64,000 bases of DNA from an uncultured Clostridia bacterium. GTDB lineage: Bacteria; Bacillota; Clostridia; TANB77; CAG-508. Position 1 is the first letter of the stretch; each line of letters opens with the position of its first letter. The stretch lies in contig CALXFG010000001.1 of assembly GCA_944387505.1 (NCBI GenBank), forward strand, positions 81,549-145,548, in the 5' to 3' direction. The translations under genes were made by a program, and so were the position numbers. The notes below the pieces were generated by a model that saw only the letters and a list, made by a program, of their open reading frames with translations, was not told the DNA's origin and ran no database searches. Below are positions 23,074 to 32,837 of this stretch, one piece after another.

Positions 23074-23552
23074 TGTTGTCAACGATAAACGAGAATCAAA
23101 AATAAGCAAAAAATAATTACAAAAAGTATAATTTTATACTAAAACGCAAAAATAAGCTTAAAATTGATTTTAAAGACAAATAAAAACAAATAACAAAAAC
23201 ATATGTAAAATAAAATATAAAACTACGAAAAACCATTAGGCAAAAGAAAAAAAGAATAAAAAATAGTCGTAAAGAAAATAAAAAAGTAAAAAAAGAACAA
23301 AAAAGTTTAAAAAATTTACTCATTAATCAATGTAAACAAGGGGCGAACAAAAATTGAGCAACATCAGTAAAATAGCAAACTTTAGCACATCGATACATAA
23401 AGAATAGACTTTATGTATACAATGTTCGCAAAACAAATGATTGATAAAAAGGCAATGTATGAAAAATGGTTTTACTAAAAAGTAAAATTAAAAACAAAAA
23501 AAGAACAAAACAAAACTTTCTGTTTCACACGGAATGAAAAAGGAGAGAAAAA

Positions 23553-25433
23553 ATGGAATATAATGCAGGAGAATATGATGTAGCTGTTGTTGGTGCAGGA
23601 CATGCAGGATGTGAAGCAGCACTTGCAGCAGCAAGATTAGGAATGAAAACTTTAATTTTTTCAATTAGCTTAGAAGCAATTGCCAATATGCCATGTAATC
23701 CACATATTGGAGGAAGCTCTAAGGGACACCTAGTAAGAGAAATTGATGCGTTAGGTGGAGAGATGGGAAAAAATATTGATAAAACAATGATACAAATCAA
23801 AATGTTAAATACTTCAAAAGGACCAGCCGTTCATTCTTTAAGAGCACAAGCTGATAGAAAAAGATATCAAGCAGAAATGAAACATACATTAGAAAAACAA
23901 GAAAATTTAGAAGTGAAACAAGGAGAAATTGTTGATATCATTGTTGACAATGGAACAGTAAAAGCTATAAAAACAGATGTTGGCGCTGTTTACCATGTAA
24001 AAACAGTTATATTAGCAACAGGAACATATCTTAAAGGAAAGATTTTTATTGGAGAATTCTCAAAAGAAAGTGGACCTGATGGTGTAGCAGCAGCTAATAA
24101 ATTGTCAGACGTTTTAAAAAGTTTAGGAATTCCTTTGGTAAGATTTAAGACAGGAACACCAGCAAGAATCAATAGAAGAAGTATAGATTTTAGTAAAATG
24201 GAAATCCAAAAAGGAGATCAAGGAATAGAAGCATTTTCTTTTGAAGACGAACCAAAAGATTTTAAACAAGTAGATTGTTATTTAACATATACAAATGAAA
24301 AAACACATGAAATTATAAGAAACAATTTACATAGATCACCATTATATGCAGGAAAAATTGAAGGAACAGGACCTAGATATTGTCCATCAATAGAAGATAA
24401 AGTTGTCAGATTTAGTGATAAACCAAGACATCAAGCCTTTGTAGAACCTGTGGGATTGGACACAGAGGAAATGTATATACAAGGAATGAGTTCTTCACTT
24501 CCAGAAGATGTACAAATTGCTCTTTATAGAACAATACCAGGTTTGGAACATGCAGAATTTACAAGACCAGCATATGCAATAGAATATGATTGTATAGATC
24601 CATCAAACTTGAAACTATCACTAGAATATAAAGGAATTAGCGGACTGTTTATGGCAGGACAAATTAATGGAACTTCAGGATATGAAGAAGCAGCTGCACA
24701 AGGATTAATTGCAGGAATTAATGCTGTACAAAAAATAGAAGGAAAAGAACCGTTAATATTGGATAGGTCTCAAGCATATATTGGTGTTTTAATTGATGAT
24801 ATAGCTACAAAAGGAACCAATGAGCCATATAGAATGATGACCTCTAGAGCAGAATACAGGCTACTTTTAAGACAAGATAATGCTGATTTAAGATTAACGG
24901 AAATTGGACATAAAATAGGATTAATATCTGATGAAAGATATGAGAAATTTTTAAAGAAAAAAGAGAATATAGAAAAAGAAAAAGAAAGATTACGTCATTT
25001 AGTTGTAAAACCAACAGAAAAAGTAAATAAATTTTTAGTAGCACAAGGAACGTCAGCATTAACCAATGGAACAAAAATGGCAGAATTATTAAAAAGACCT
25101 GAATTAAATTATCAAAATTTAAGTGAAATAGATGAAAATAGACCAAAACTTTCAAAACAAGAGCAAGAAGAAGTAGAAATTCAAATAAAATATGAAGGAT
25201 ATATTAAATTACAAGAAGCACAAGTAGAAAAATTTAAAAAACTAGAAGAAAAAATATTACCAGATGATGTAGATTATGAAAAAATTAAAGGAATTAGTTT
25301 AGAAGGAAGGCAAAAACTAAATAAATTCAAACCACATTCCATAGGGCAAGCATCTAGAATATCAGGTGTTTCACCTGCTGATGTATCTGTACTTTTAATC
25401 TATTTACAACAATTAAAAGAAAAGCAAGATTAA
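23553..25433 (+). CDS. mnmG: tRNA uridine 5-carboxymethylaminomethyl modification enzyme MnmG (GidA)
   Basis: 626 aa with the FAD-binding N-terminus ([23 protein letters not shown]). Confidence 0.95.
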   Translation: MEYNAGEYDVAVVGAGHAGCEAALAAARLGMKTLIFSISLEAIANMPCNPHIGGSSKGHLVREIDALGGEMGKNIDKTMIQIKMLNTSKGPAVHSLRAQADRKRYQAEMKHTLEKQENLEVKQGEIVDIIVDNGTVKAIKTDVGAVYHVKTVILATGTYLKGKIFIGEFSKESGPDGVAAANKLSDVLKSLGIPLVRFKTGTPARINRRSIDFSKMEIQKGDQGIEAFSFEDEPKDFKQVDCYLTYTNEKTHEIIRNNLHRSPLYAGKIEGTGPRYCPSIEDKVVRFSDKPRHQAFVEPVGLDTEEMYIQGMSSSLPEDVQIALYRTIPGLEHAEFTRPAYAIEYDCIDPSNLKLSLEYKGISGLFMAGQINGTSGYEEAAAQGLIAGINAVQKIEGKEPLILDRSQAYIGVLIDDIATKGTNEPYRMMTSRAEYRLLLRQDNADLRLTEIGHKIGLISDERYEKFLKKKENIEKEKERLRHLVVKPTEKVNKFLVAQGTSALTNGTKMAELLKRPELNYQNLSEIDENRPKLSKQEQEEVEIQIKYEGYIKLQEAQVEKFKKLEEKILPDDVDYEKIKGISLEGRQKLNKFKPHSIGQASRISGVSPADVSVLLIYLQQLKEKQD

Positions 25434-25440
25434 TAACAAA

Positions 25441-25537
25441 GTTGCCAAAGGGGACGGGGCATTTTGGCAACTTTTATAAAATAGATTTAAAATTATAAAA
25501 AAAGAGGTTGCCAAAATGCCCCGTCCCCTTTGGCAAC
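25441..25537. repeat. 31-bp element present twice in inverted orientation (25441-25471 and 25507-25537) between mnmG and rsmG
   Basis: GTTGCCAAAGGGGACGGGGCATTTTGGCAAC and its exact reverse complement GTTGCCAAAATGCCCCGTCCCCTTTGGCAAC. Each copy is itself terminally palindromic (GTTGCCAAA...TTTGGCAAC). The element is GC-rich relative to its context. Confidence 0.8.
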
Positions 25538-25554
25538 TAAAGAAAGGAATAAAA

Positions 25555-26277
25555 ATGGATATTAAAGAATTTTCTGATTTAATGATAGACTATGGAAAAG
25601 AAATCAATATTGTGTTTACAGAGGAACAATTGCAAAAATTTTGTCAATATATGAATTTATTAATTGAATGGAATGAAAAAATCAATTTAACAGCCATTAT
25701 TGAGCCAAAAGAAATTATCTTAAAACATTTTATTGATTCTTTGACAATTATGAAATATATTGAACAAGATAAATCTGTTATAGATATTGGAACTGGAGCG
25801 GGATTTCCAGGAATTCCGATAAAAATAGTGAGACCAGATTTAAAAGTTACATTATTAGATTCTTTAAATAAAAGGATAAATTTCTTAAATGAAGTCATAA
25901 AGCAATTAGAATTAGAAAATATAAATGCTGTACATGCTAGAATTGAAGAGTATGCAAAAAACAAACAATATAGAGAAAAATATGAAGTAGCGACTTCAAG
26001 AGCTGTGGCAAATTTAACGACTTTATCAGAATATATGTTACCTATGGTAAAAATAAAAGGAATGGCAATATGTATGAAAGGTTCTGAAGTTAGTGAAGAA
26101 ATTTCTAAAAGCAAAAATTCTATAAAAATATTAGGTGGAAAAATTACGAAGATAGAAGAATTTACACTTCCCAAAAGTGAATATAAAAGGAATTTAATTT
26201 TGATAGAAAAAACAAACCAGACACCTGGAAAATATCCTAGAAAGCCTGGAATTCCTTCAAAAGAGCCACTTTATTAG
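25555..26277 (+). CDS. rsmG: 16S rRNA (guanine527-N7)-methyltransferase RsmG (GidB)
   Basis: SAM-binding motif DIGTGAGFPGIP. The true start is probably MDIKEF at 25555 (RBS AAGGAA). The listed 13-codon extension reads through the inverted repeat. Confidence 0.9.
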   Translation: MDIKEFSDLMIDYGKEINIVFTEEQLQKFCQYMNLLIEWNEKINLTAIIEPKEIILKHFIDSLTIMKYIEQDKSVIDIGTGAGFPGIPIKIVRPDLKVTLLDSLNKRINFLNEVIKQLELENINAVHARIEEYAKNKQYREKYEVATSRAVANLTTLSEYMLPMVKIKGMAICMKGSEVSEEISKSKNSIKILGGKITKIEEFTLPKSEYKRNLILIEKTNQTPGKYPRKPGIPSKEPLY

Positions 26278-26424
26278 AAAAGGAAAAATGAGAAAAAAAT
26301 GAAAGAAAAAAAGTCAAAAAAATTGTGAAATTTTATTGACTTTTTTTTTATATTTATATATGATAATAATAGAATATAAACAAACTAAAGAGTAAATATT
26401 AACTAAAAATGGAGGCGAAAGATT

Positions 26425-27213
26425 TTGGGAAAAGTTATATCAGTTGCAAACCAAAAAGGAGGCGTTGGTAAAACAACGACAACCGTTAATTTGAGCACAA
26501 TATTAGCAAAAAAAGGAAAGAAAGTTCTATTAATAGACGCTGATCCTCAAGGAAATGCGACAAGTGGGTTAGGAATTGAAAAAGAAGTGGAGTTTTCTAC
26601 TTATGATATTTTAGTAAATGATACAGAAATAAAACAAGCACTTCAAAAAACAGTTATAAAAAATTTATTACTATGTCCATCAAATATGAATTTAGCAGGT
26701 GCGGAAGTAGAATTAGTATCTATGATGTCAAGAGAACAAAGATTAAAAGAAAAATTAGAAGAAGTGAAAGATGTTTTTGACTATATCTTTATTGATTGTC
26801 CTCCATCATTAGGACTTATCACACTAAATGCTTTTACAGCTTCAGATAGTGTATTAATACCTGTACAATGTGAATATTTTGCATTAGAAGGATTAGGACA
26901 ACTGTTAAATACTGTAAATTTAGTAAAAAAACATTTAAATAAGACCATTATGATTGAGGGTGCATTACTAACGATGTATGACATAAGAACCAATTTGTCA
27001 AATCAAGTCGTAAAAGAGGTAAAAAAATACTTTAATGATAAAGTTTATAAAACAGTCATACCAAGAAATGTAAGATTAAGTGAAGCACCAAGTTATGGAA
27101 TGCCAATTACAGAATATGATCCTAGATCAAAAGGGGCAAAAGCATATATGAAATTTGCAAAAGAATTCTTAAAGATAAATGAAGAAGAGAAAAAAGCAAA
27201 ACATATGATGTAA
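26425..27213 (+). CDS. soj: Chromosome partitioning ATPase ParA/Soj
   Basis: Deviant Walker A KGGVGKTTT. TTG start with a GGAGG RBS 9 nt upstream. Confidence 0.9.
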   Translation: MGKVISVANQKGGVGKTTTTVNLSTILAKKGKKVLLIDADPQGNATSGLGIEKEVEFSTYDILVNDTEIKQALQKTVIKNLLLCPSNMNLAGAEVELVSMMSREQRLKEKLEEVKDVFDYIFIDCPPSLGLITLNAFTASDSVLIPVQCEYFALEGLGQLLNTVNLVKKHLNKTIMIEGALLTMYDIRTNLSNQVVKEVKKYFNDKVYKTVIPRNVRLSEAPSYGMPITEYDPRSKGAKAYMKFAKEFLKINEEEKKAKHMM

Positions 27214-27304
27214 AAAGAATAAAACAGTAAACATAAAACAATATTATTAATGGAATATAGAAGGTAGAAAAAATATAGAAATTGAAAAAAGGGAGGAGAT
27301 ATAT

Positions 27305-28144
27305 ATGGCAAAAATGTCAGGCTTAGGAAAAGGACTAGATGCGTTATTTGGACCTGCACCAGAAGAAGAACAAATGCAGGAAAATGATATATTAAAAAAT
27401 TTAAAAGTAACAGAAGTTGAACCAAATAGAGATCAACCAAGAAAGAATTTTGATCAAGAAGCTTTAGAGGAATTGGCAGAATCTATTAAAGAATATGGAT
27501 TAATCCAACCAATTGTTGTAACAAAAAAGGATGGATATTACGGAATTGTTGCAGGAGAAAGAAGATGGAGAGCATCTAAAATAGCAGGACTAACAGAAAT
27601 ACCAGCAATTATAAGAGAAGATGATGAAAGAATTAATTCTGAAATCTCATTAATAGAAAACATGCAAAGGGAAGATTTAAACCCTTATGAAAAAGCTTTA
27701 GGTGTAAGAACGTTAATTGATAATTATGGGTTATCACAAGAAGAAGTTGCTAAAAAACTAGGAAAAGGAAGAAGTACCATTGCCAATATTGTTAGAATTC
27801 TAAATCTAGAACCAAGAGTATTAGAAATGGCAAAAGAGGGAAAATTAACAGAAGGACATTGTAAAGCCTTACTTGCCATTACAGACCCAGAAAAACAATA
27901 TAAAACAGCTATACAAATGTTAGAAAGAGGAGCAACTGTAAGACAAGTTGAGAAAAAAGCAAGAGTAAAAGAAACAAAAGAGGAGTCAGATAGAAATCAT
28001 ATATTATATAAAAGTATAGAAGATAACTTTCAAAGCTTCTTTGGATCTAAAGTAAGATTAGATCCAGGAAAAAGAAGGGGAAAAATCATCATTGAGTATA
28101 CTTCTAATGATGATTTAGAAAGGATATTAGGCTTAATAAAGTAA
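27305..28144 (+). CDS. spo0J: Chromosome partitioning protein ParB/Spo0J
   Basis: ParB box GERRWRA and an HTH region, located downstream of soj. Confidence 0.9.
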   Translation: MAKMSGLGKGLDALFGPAPEEEQMQENDILKNLKVTEVEPNRDQPRKNFDQEALEELAESIKEYGLIQPIVVTKKDGYYGIVAGERRWRASKIAGLTEIPAIIREDDERINSEISLIENMQREDLNPYEKALGVRTLIDNYGLSQEEVAKKLGKGRSTIANIVRILNLEPRVLEMAKEGKLTEGHCKALLAITDPEKQYKTAIQMLERGATVRQVEKKARVKETKEESDRNHILYKSIEDNFQSFFGSKVRLDPGKRRGKIIIEYTSNDDLERILGLIK

Positions 28145-28157
28145 GGAAGGTGATTAG

Positions 28158-28679
28158 ATGGAAGCAATAATAGAATTTTTAAGAACAGATACTTTTCTAA
28201 TAATAAATGTTATTCTAGTATGCATTCTTTTTATAGGATTTTTTATTATACTAGCTAGAATTCACTCTATTCATAAATATTATAAAACTTTTTTGAAGAA
28301 ATTAGGCAATGGAGAAAATATAGAAGAAGATTTAGAAAATTACATGTATAGAGTTGAAAGGGTTGAAAAACAAAATGCAGAGATTAAAAATTTAATAGAT
28401 GTCATAGATGCCAATATGGACAGTTGTATTCAAAAGATAGGAATTGTTAGGTATAACGCATTTAAAGACACTGGAAGTGATTTGAGTTTTGCACTTGCTA
28501 TGCTAGATGAAAAAAATAATGGAGTTGTATTAAATGGTATTTATTCAAGAGAAATGTCTAATATTTATGCAAAACCTGTAGAAAATGGAAAATCAACTTA
28601 TACAATTTCAGAGGAAGAAAAAGAAGCGATACAAAAAGCCATAGAAAATAAACAAATATATAAGGTTAGAGAACAATGA
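28158..28679 (+). CDS. DUF4446-family protein
   Basis: N-terminal TM helix plus a conserved C-terminal region (GIVRYNAFKDTGSDLSFALAMLD). This is the usual gene found downstream of spo0J in Clostridia. Confidence 0.6.
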   Translation: MEAIIEFLRTDTFLIINVILVCILFIGFFIILARIHSIHKYYKTFLKKLGNGENIEEDLENYMYRVERVEKQNAEIKNLIDVIDANMDSCIQKIGIVRYNAFKDTGSDLSFALAMLDEKNNGVVLNGIYSREMSNIYAKPVENGKSTYTISEEEKEAIQKAIENKQIYKVREQ

Positions 28680-30145
28680 AGAATATAATTAATAAAATAA
28701 AAGAAAAAGATAATTTACCTGCTTTTATATTATTTTTTCTTATATCCTTAGGGATTAGTTTAAATATATATTTAGAATCAAGTGATGAAATATGGAATTT
28801 TCAAAATGTATATAAAATGTATAATGGATTTAAAATATACAAAGAAATAAATGTTATAATAACACCTTTCTTTTTTTGGATAAGTGAGGCAATATTTCAC
28901 ATATTAGGAGCAAATTTATGTATTTTTAGAATCAGTCATTGTATTTTTATGTCCATATTGTTCTTAATTACTTATGAAATGTTAAAAAAACTAGAAATAT
29001 CAAAAACTTTTTCTATGTTAACAGTATTAATGATAATTTTACAACAATTTTTTTTACTAATCAGAACAAGTTTTAACTACAATAATACGGCTTTGTTATT
29101 TTTTATAATAGGTACTTATTGTTTAATTAATGATAAAACAAGAAAAAATATACTAATTCAATCTATTATAACAAGTTTAATACTATTAACTAAACAAAAT
29201 ATAGGATTATATTATCTATTAGGTAATATACTATATTTAAGTATTTCAAAAAATGATATAAAAAATAAAATAAAAGAAATATTTAAATATATAAGTATAA
29301 TATTCTTAGTGGGAATGATCTTTATAATATATTTAATAATAGATCATAATTTAAATAACTTTTTAAACTATACTTTAGGTGGAATATTTGAATTTGCAAA
29401 TGAAAACTTGATTTTTGATTCTTCTGCTATTGTACTTATGATAGGCATTATGATTGTTAATATAGGAATGAGTATATTTTTTATAAAAAAGAATTTCTTA
29501 CTAAAAGAACAAAAGGAAAACATAAAAATATTATTTATATTTTCTATTATGCTTTCATTAGTGTGTTACCCAATTTTTAATTGGACACATATTATCATTG
29601 GAACATATTTGATGATAATAAATGTAGTATATATGGTATATCTATTGTTCAAAGATTTTAAAGATGGAATAACTAAAATATTAAAAGTAGTCAATGGAAT
29701 GATTATTTTGGCAATGATCATTTTCTCTTGTTTAAACATGTACACCTGGATTAAAGCTATAACAAGTGATGATTATCCATATTCATGGGAGAATCCTTTT
29801 TTTGGTGGTATGTTAGGAAAAGAAGAATATGAAGAAAATGAAAAAATTATTAAATATATAGAAGAAAATGAAAAAGATGTAATTGTACTATCTAATAGGG
29901 CTGCATTATATATGGTACCATTGAAAAGAAATAATGGCGATTTTGATTTGCCATTTAAAGGAAATTTTGGTATTAATGGGGTTGATGGATTAATAGAAAA
30001 AATAGATAATATGCAAAATGTACAATTTTTGATTTATAAAAATGAAGATAAAAGTATTTATCAGGAAAGTGATAGAGTAAAAGAACATATAAAAAACACC
30101 AAAAGCTATGTTGGAGAAATAGAAGGATTTGACATATATGAATAG
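28676..30145 (+). CDS. Polytopic membrane protein, possibly a GT-C-fold glycosyltransferase
   Basis: Ten or more predicted TM helices. An SSDEIW acidic motif sits in the first extracytoplasmic loop, as in GT-C / PMT_2-like enzymes. Confidence 0.4.
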   Translation: MKNIINKIKEKDNLPAFILFFLISLGISLNIYLESSDEIWNFQNVYKMYNGFKIYKEINVIITPFFFWISEAIFHILGANLCIFRISHCIFMSILFLITYEMLKKLEISKTFSMLTVLMIILQQFFLLIRTSFNYNNTALLFFIIGTYCLINDKTRKNILIQSIITSLILLTKQNIGLYYLLGNILYLSISKNDIKNKIKEIFKYISIIFLVGMIFIIYLIIDHNLNNFLNYTLGGIFEFANENLIFDSSAIVLMIGIMIVNIGMSIFFIKKNFLLKEQKENIKILFIFSIMLSLVCYPIFNWTHIIIGTYLMIINVVYMVYLLFKDFKDGITKILKVVNGMIILAMIIFSCLNMYTWIKAITSDDYPYSWENPFFGGMLGKEEYEENEKIIKYIEENEKDVIVLSNRAALYMVPLKRNNGDFDLPFKGNFGINGVDGLIEKIDNMQNVQFLIYKNEDKSIYQESDRVKEHIKNTKSYVGEIEGFDIYE

Positions 30146-30234
30146 CTATAAGAAAAAATAATTCATAATAAATTTAAATTAGTATTGACAAATCCCTAGA
30201 AAATATGTTAAGATAAAAAATGTCTTTGAGACAT

Positions 30235-30326
<92 letters not shown>

Positions 30327-30386
30327 ATAACATAAGAGTTAGATAATGTAATAATATCTAACTTTTATTTATAAATAATTATATAT

Positions 30387-30476
30387 GGAGATGTACCCAA
30401 GTGGTGAAGGGGACTGTTTGCTAAACAGTTAGGTCCCGAAAGGGGCGCGGAGGTTCGAACCCTCTCATCTCCGCCA
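30387..30476 (+). tRNA. tRNA-Ser (anticodon GCT)
   Basis: Acceptor stem GGAGATG/CATCTCC, anticodon loop TTGCTAA, long variable arm, GGTTCGAACC T-arm and an encoded CCA. Confidence 0.85.
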
Positions 30477-30673
30477 AAACAATATAAAGTATCAGCACTT
30501 TATATTATTTTTTTGTCAAAATTAATCGAATGTATATTTACAAAAATAATTTTTTGTATTAAGATAGAAGTGGTTTATTATAAAATGTATTGAAAATTCT
30601 AAAAAAACAAGGTATAATTAAATTATATAGTAAATGGAATAAGATATATTTTATAATGATAGGGGGTTGGAAG

Positions 30674-31039
30674 ATGAAAATCAATAAAAAGAAGTTAATT
30701 GTGCTAATGATTGTTTTTATGTTATGCATTCTTTTAATAAATCAAGTACAAGCAGCAACGTTTGACCCGAATCTTTATAAACCAGGTTCAACCTCTAGTG
30801 TAATTGGAGCATCAAAATTGGAGAAAATAGGAAATAAGGTTATTGGAGTTGTACAAGTTATTGGATCAATATCTTCTGTAGTAGCAATAGTAGTTATTGG
30901 TATAAAATATATATTAGGAAGTGTTGAAGAAAAAGCAGAATATAAACAAACATTAAAACCATATCTTATTGGAGCAATATTAGTTTTTGGAATATCAAAT
31001 GTTTTAAGTATTGTTCAAAATATCATAGGAGAGTTCTAA
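30674..31039 (+). CDS. VirB2/TrbC-like T4SS pilin, paralog 1
   Basis: Signal peptide followed by two hydrophobic helices. Shared core VIGSISSVVAIVVIGIKYILGSVEEKAEYKQTLKPYLIGAILVFG. Start is the ATG at 30674 with an AGGGGG RBS; the listed ORF starts upstream of that. Confidence 0.7.
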   Translation: MKINKKKLIVLMIVFMLCILLINQVQAATFDPNLYKPGSTSSVIGASKLEKIGNKVIGVVQVIGSISSVVAIVVIGIKYILGSVEEKAEYKQTLKPYLIGAILVFGISNVLSIVQNIIGEF

Positions 31040-31063
31040 AAAAGAAATGGAAGGAGGAAATAT

Positions 31064-31462
31064 ATGAGAAAAATAATAATCTTTATATGTATCTTAAGTC
31101 TATTTCTTGTCGTGATATATCCAAAAAATGTATATGCTATGTCATCATTGGATGATATATTGACCAAAGCAGATGACTTTTTAAGAATAGATGGAGGAAC
31201 GCAATCAACAGGGAATAATACACTTGGAGTACTTGCAGATCCAGATTTAAAAAATACATCTGATTTTTTATATAATACATTACTAGGAATTAGCATGATT
31301 GCAGCAGTTATTGTAGGAATGGTGTTAGGTATTAAATATATGTTAGCAACTTCAGAGGAAAAAGCTGATTTAAAACAAACATTACCAGCATATATTGTAT
31401 CTTGCATTGTTGTATTTGGAGCTTTTTCAATATGGAAACTGCTTATAAATATTATTCAATAA
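31064..31462 (+). CDS. VirB2/TrbC-like T4SS pilin, paralog 2 (most divergent)
   Basis: Signal peptide; core GIKYMLATSEEKADLKQTLPAYIVSCIVVFGA. Confidence 0.65.
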   Translation: MRKIIIFICILSLFLVVIYPKNVYAMSSLDDILTKADDFLRIDGGTQSTGNNTLGVLADPDLKNTSDFLYNTLLGISMIAAVIVGMVLGIKYMLATSEEKADLKQTLPAYIVSCIVVFGAFSIWKLLINIIQ

Positions 31463-31475
31463 GGAGAATAAATAA

Positions 31476-31832
31476 ATGAAAAACAGAAAATGTTTAAAAA
31501 TAATATGTATCATTGTTATATTTAGTATAGTATTATCAATGATTTTTTCAAAAGAAGTAGATGCATTTGCTTTAAGTGATTTAACTGGAAATACACATGG
31601 AACATCAGAAATAAGCGATATGGGAAATAAAGTTGTACAAATTGTTAGTACAATAGGTTCTATATTATCTGTAATTGTTATTATTGTTTTAGGAATAAAG
31701 TATATGACGGGGAGTGTTGAAGAAAAGGCAGAATATAAGAAAACAATGCTACCATTTCTAATAGGCGCAATATTTATATTTGCTGCATCACGTATAGCAA
31801 ATATGGTTTATCAAGTTGCAATAAATATGTAA
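31476..31832 (+). CDS. VirB2/TrbC-like T4SS pilin, paralog 3
   Basis: Core IVSTIGSILSVIVIIVLGIKYMTGSVEEKAEYKKTMLPFLIGAIFIFAAS. Confidence 0.7.
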   Translation: MKNRKCLKIICIIVIFSIVLSMIFSKEVDAFALSDLTGNTHGTSEISDMGNKVVQIVSTIGSILSVIVIIVLGIKYMTGSVEEKAEYKKTMLPFLIGAIFIFAASRIANMVYQVAINM

Positions 31833-31909
31833 ATGTGCTATAATAAAAAGGAAAGGAAAATATACGAATCCTAAACTACAATCGAATATTAATAAAAGGA
31901 GGAAGGGGT

Positions 31910-32263
31910 ATGAAAAGAACTATAAAAATATTATCAGTTGCAATCATGTTATTAATAGCATTAACAGTAACAGTTGATGCTGCATCATCAGGAGTAGCGC
32001 CAGGAACATATACTGGTGGGGGAGCTTCTGTTGATTCTATCAACTCAATAGGTAACCAAGTTATCCAAATCGTAAGTACTATTGGTTCAATCGCATCTGT
32101 TATTGTTTTGGTTGTTTTAGGTATAAAATACATGATGGGAAGTGCAGAAGAAAAAGCAGAATACAAGAAAACATTATTACCATACATTATAGGTGCAGCA
32201 TTCGTATTTGCAGCTTCAACAATTGCAACAGTTGTATTCAACTTTACAACAAACTTGGGATAA
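31910..32263 (+). CDS. VirB2/TrbC-like T4SS pilin, paralog 4
   Basis: Core IVSTIGSIASVIVLVVLGIKYMMGSAEEKAEYKKTLLPYIIGAAFVFAAS. Codon usage is unusually GC-richer than the rest of the genome. Confidence 0.7.
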   Translation: MKRTIKILSVAIMLLIALTVTVDAASSGVAPGTYTGGGASVDSINSIGNQVIQIVSTIGSIASVIVLVVLGIKYMMGSAEEKAEYKKTLLPYIIGAAFVFAASTIATVVFNFTTNLG

Positions 32264-32489
32264 TAAAAATAAGGAAAATAGAGCATGGTTGTAAAAACCA
32301 TGTTTTATTTTTTTATTTTGTTTCTTCCTTTTTTAGAAATTACATAATGCAAAAAAATATTACAAAATCATTACAGTCAAATTACAATATAATTAAAAAT
32401 GTTTTTTTTTGTATATATATGTACTTTTAGGGCGGTTTTATGTTATAATTATATATAAGTGGAATTGTATGTAAAGGAGTGAAAAACAA

Positions 32490-32837
32490 ATGAGAACATA
32501 TGAGATACCTAGAAATTATAAAGGTGAAAGTAGAATATTATATATCTTTTCTACAAAAGCATTAATTTATACAATTATTGGTATGGGAATAGGCTTAATA
32601 TTTTACTTTATATTAAATGCAATAGGTATGCAATTTATAGGAATTTTATTTGATGTTATTTGTGGTTCTATAGGTTTTGCAATAGGAACTTTTAAAATAC
32701 CAGACAATAAGAAATTTGAATTTACAAGAAAAACTGGTGGAGAAAATATTGATGATGTTGTTAAAAGATGGATAAAATTTAAGAAGAAAAAAAATAAAGT
32801 ATATATATGGAAAGAGGAGGACATGAACCATGAGTGA
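32490..32837 (+). CDS. TcpE/VirB3-like small T4SS membrane protein
   Basis: 115 aa with two TM helices and a basic C-terminal tail. It sits at the usual position before the VirB4 module. Confidence 0.5.
   Translation: MRTYEIPRNYKGESRILYIFSTKALIYTIIGMGIGLIFYFILNAIGMQFIGILFDVICGSIGFAIGTFKIPDNKKFEFTRKTGGENIDDVVKRWIKFKKKKNKVYIWKEEDMNHE

Noticed and set aside
23117-23323. 68-aa minus-strand ORF in the mnmE-mnmG spacer
   Set aside because: Reverse translation of the A-rich tract, producing a poly-Phe/Leu artefact with no start signals.
31036-31407. 123-aa minus-strand ORF covering pilin paralog 2
   Set aside because: Antisense to a pilin gene that has an RBS and a signal peptide. The same applies to 31876-32301 (antisense to paralog 4) and to 32603-32831 within the TcpE-like gene.
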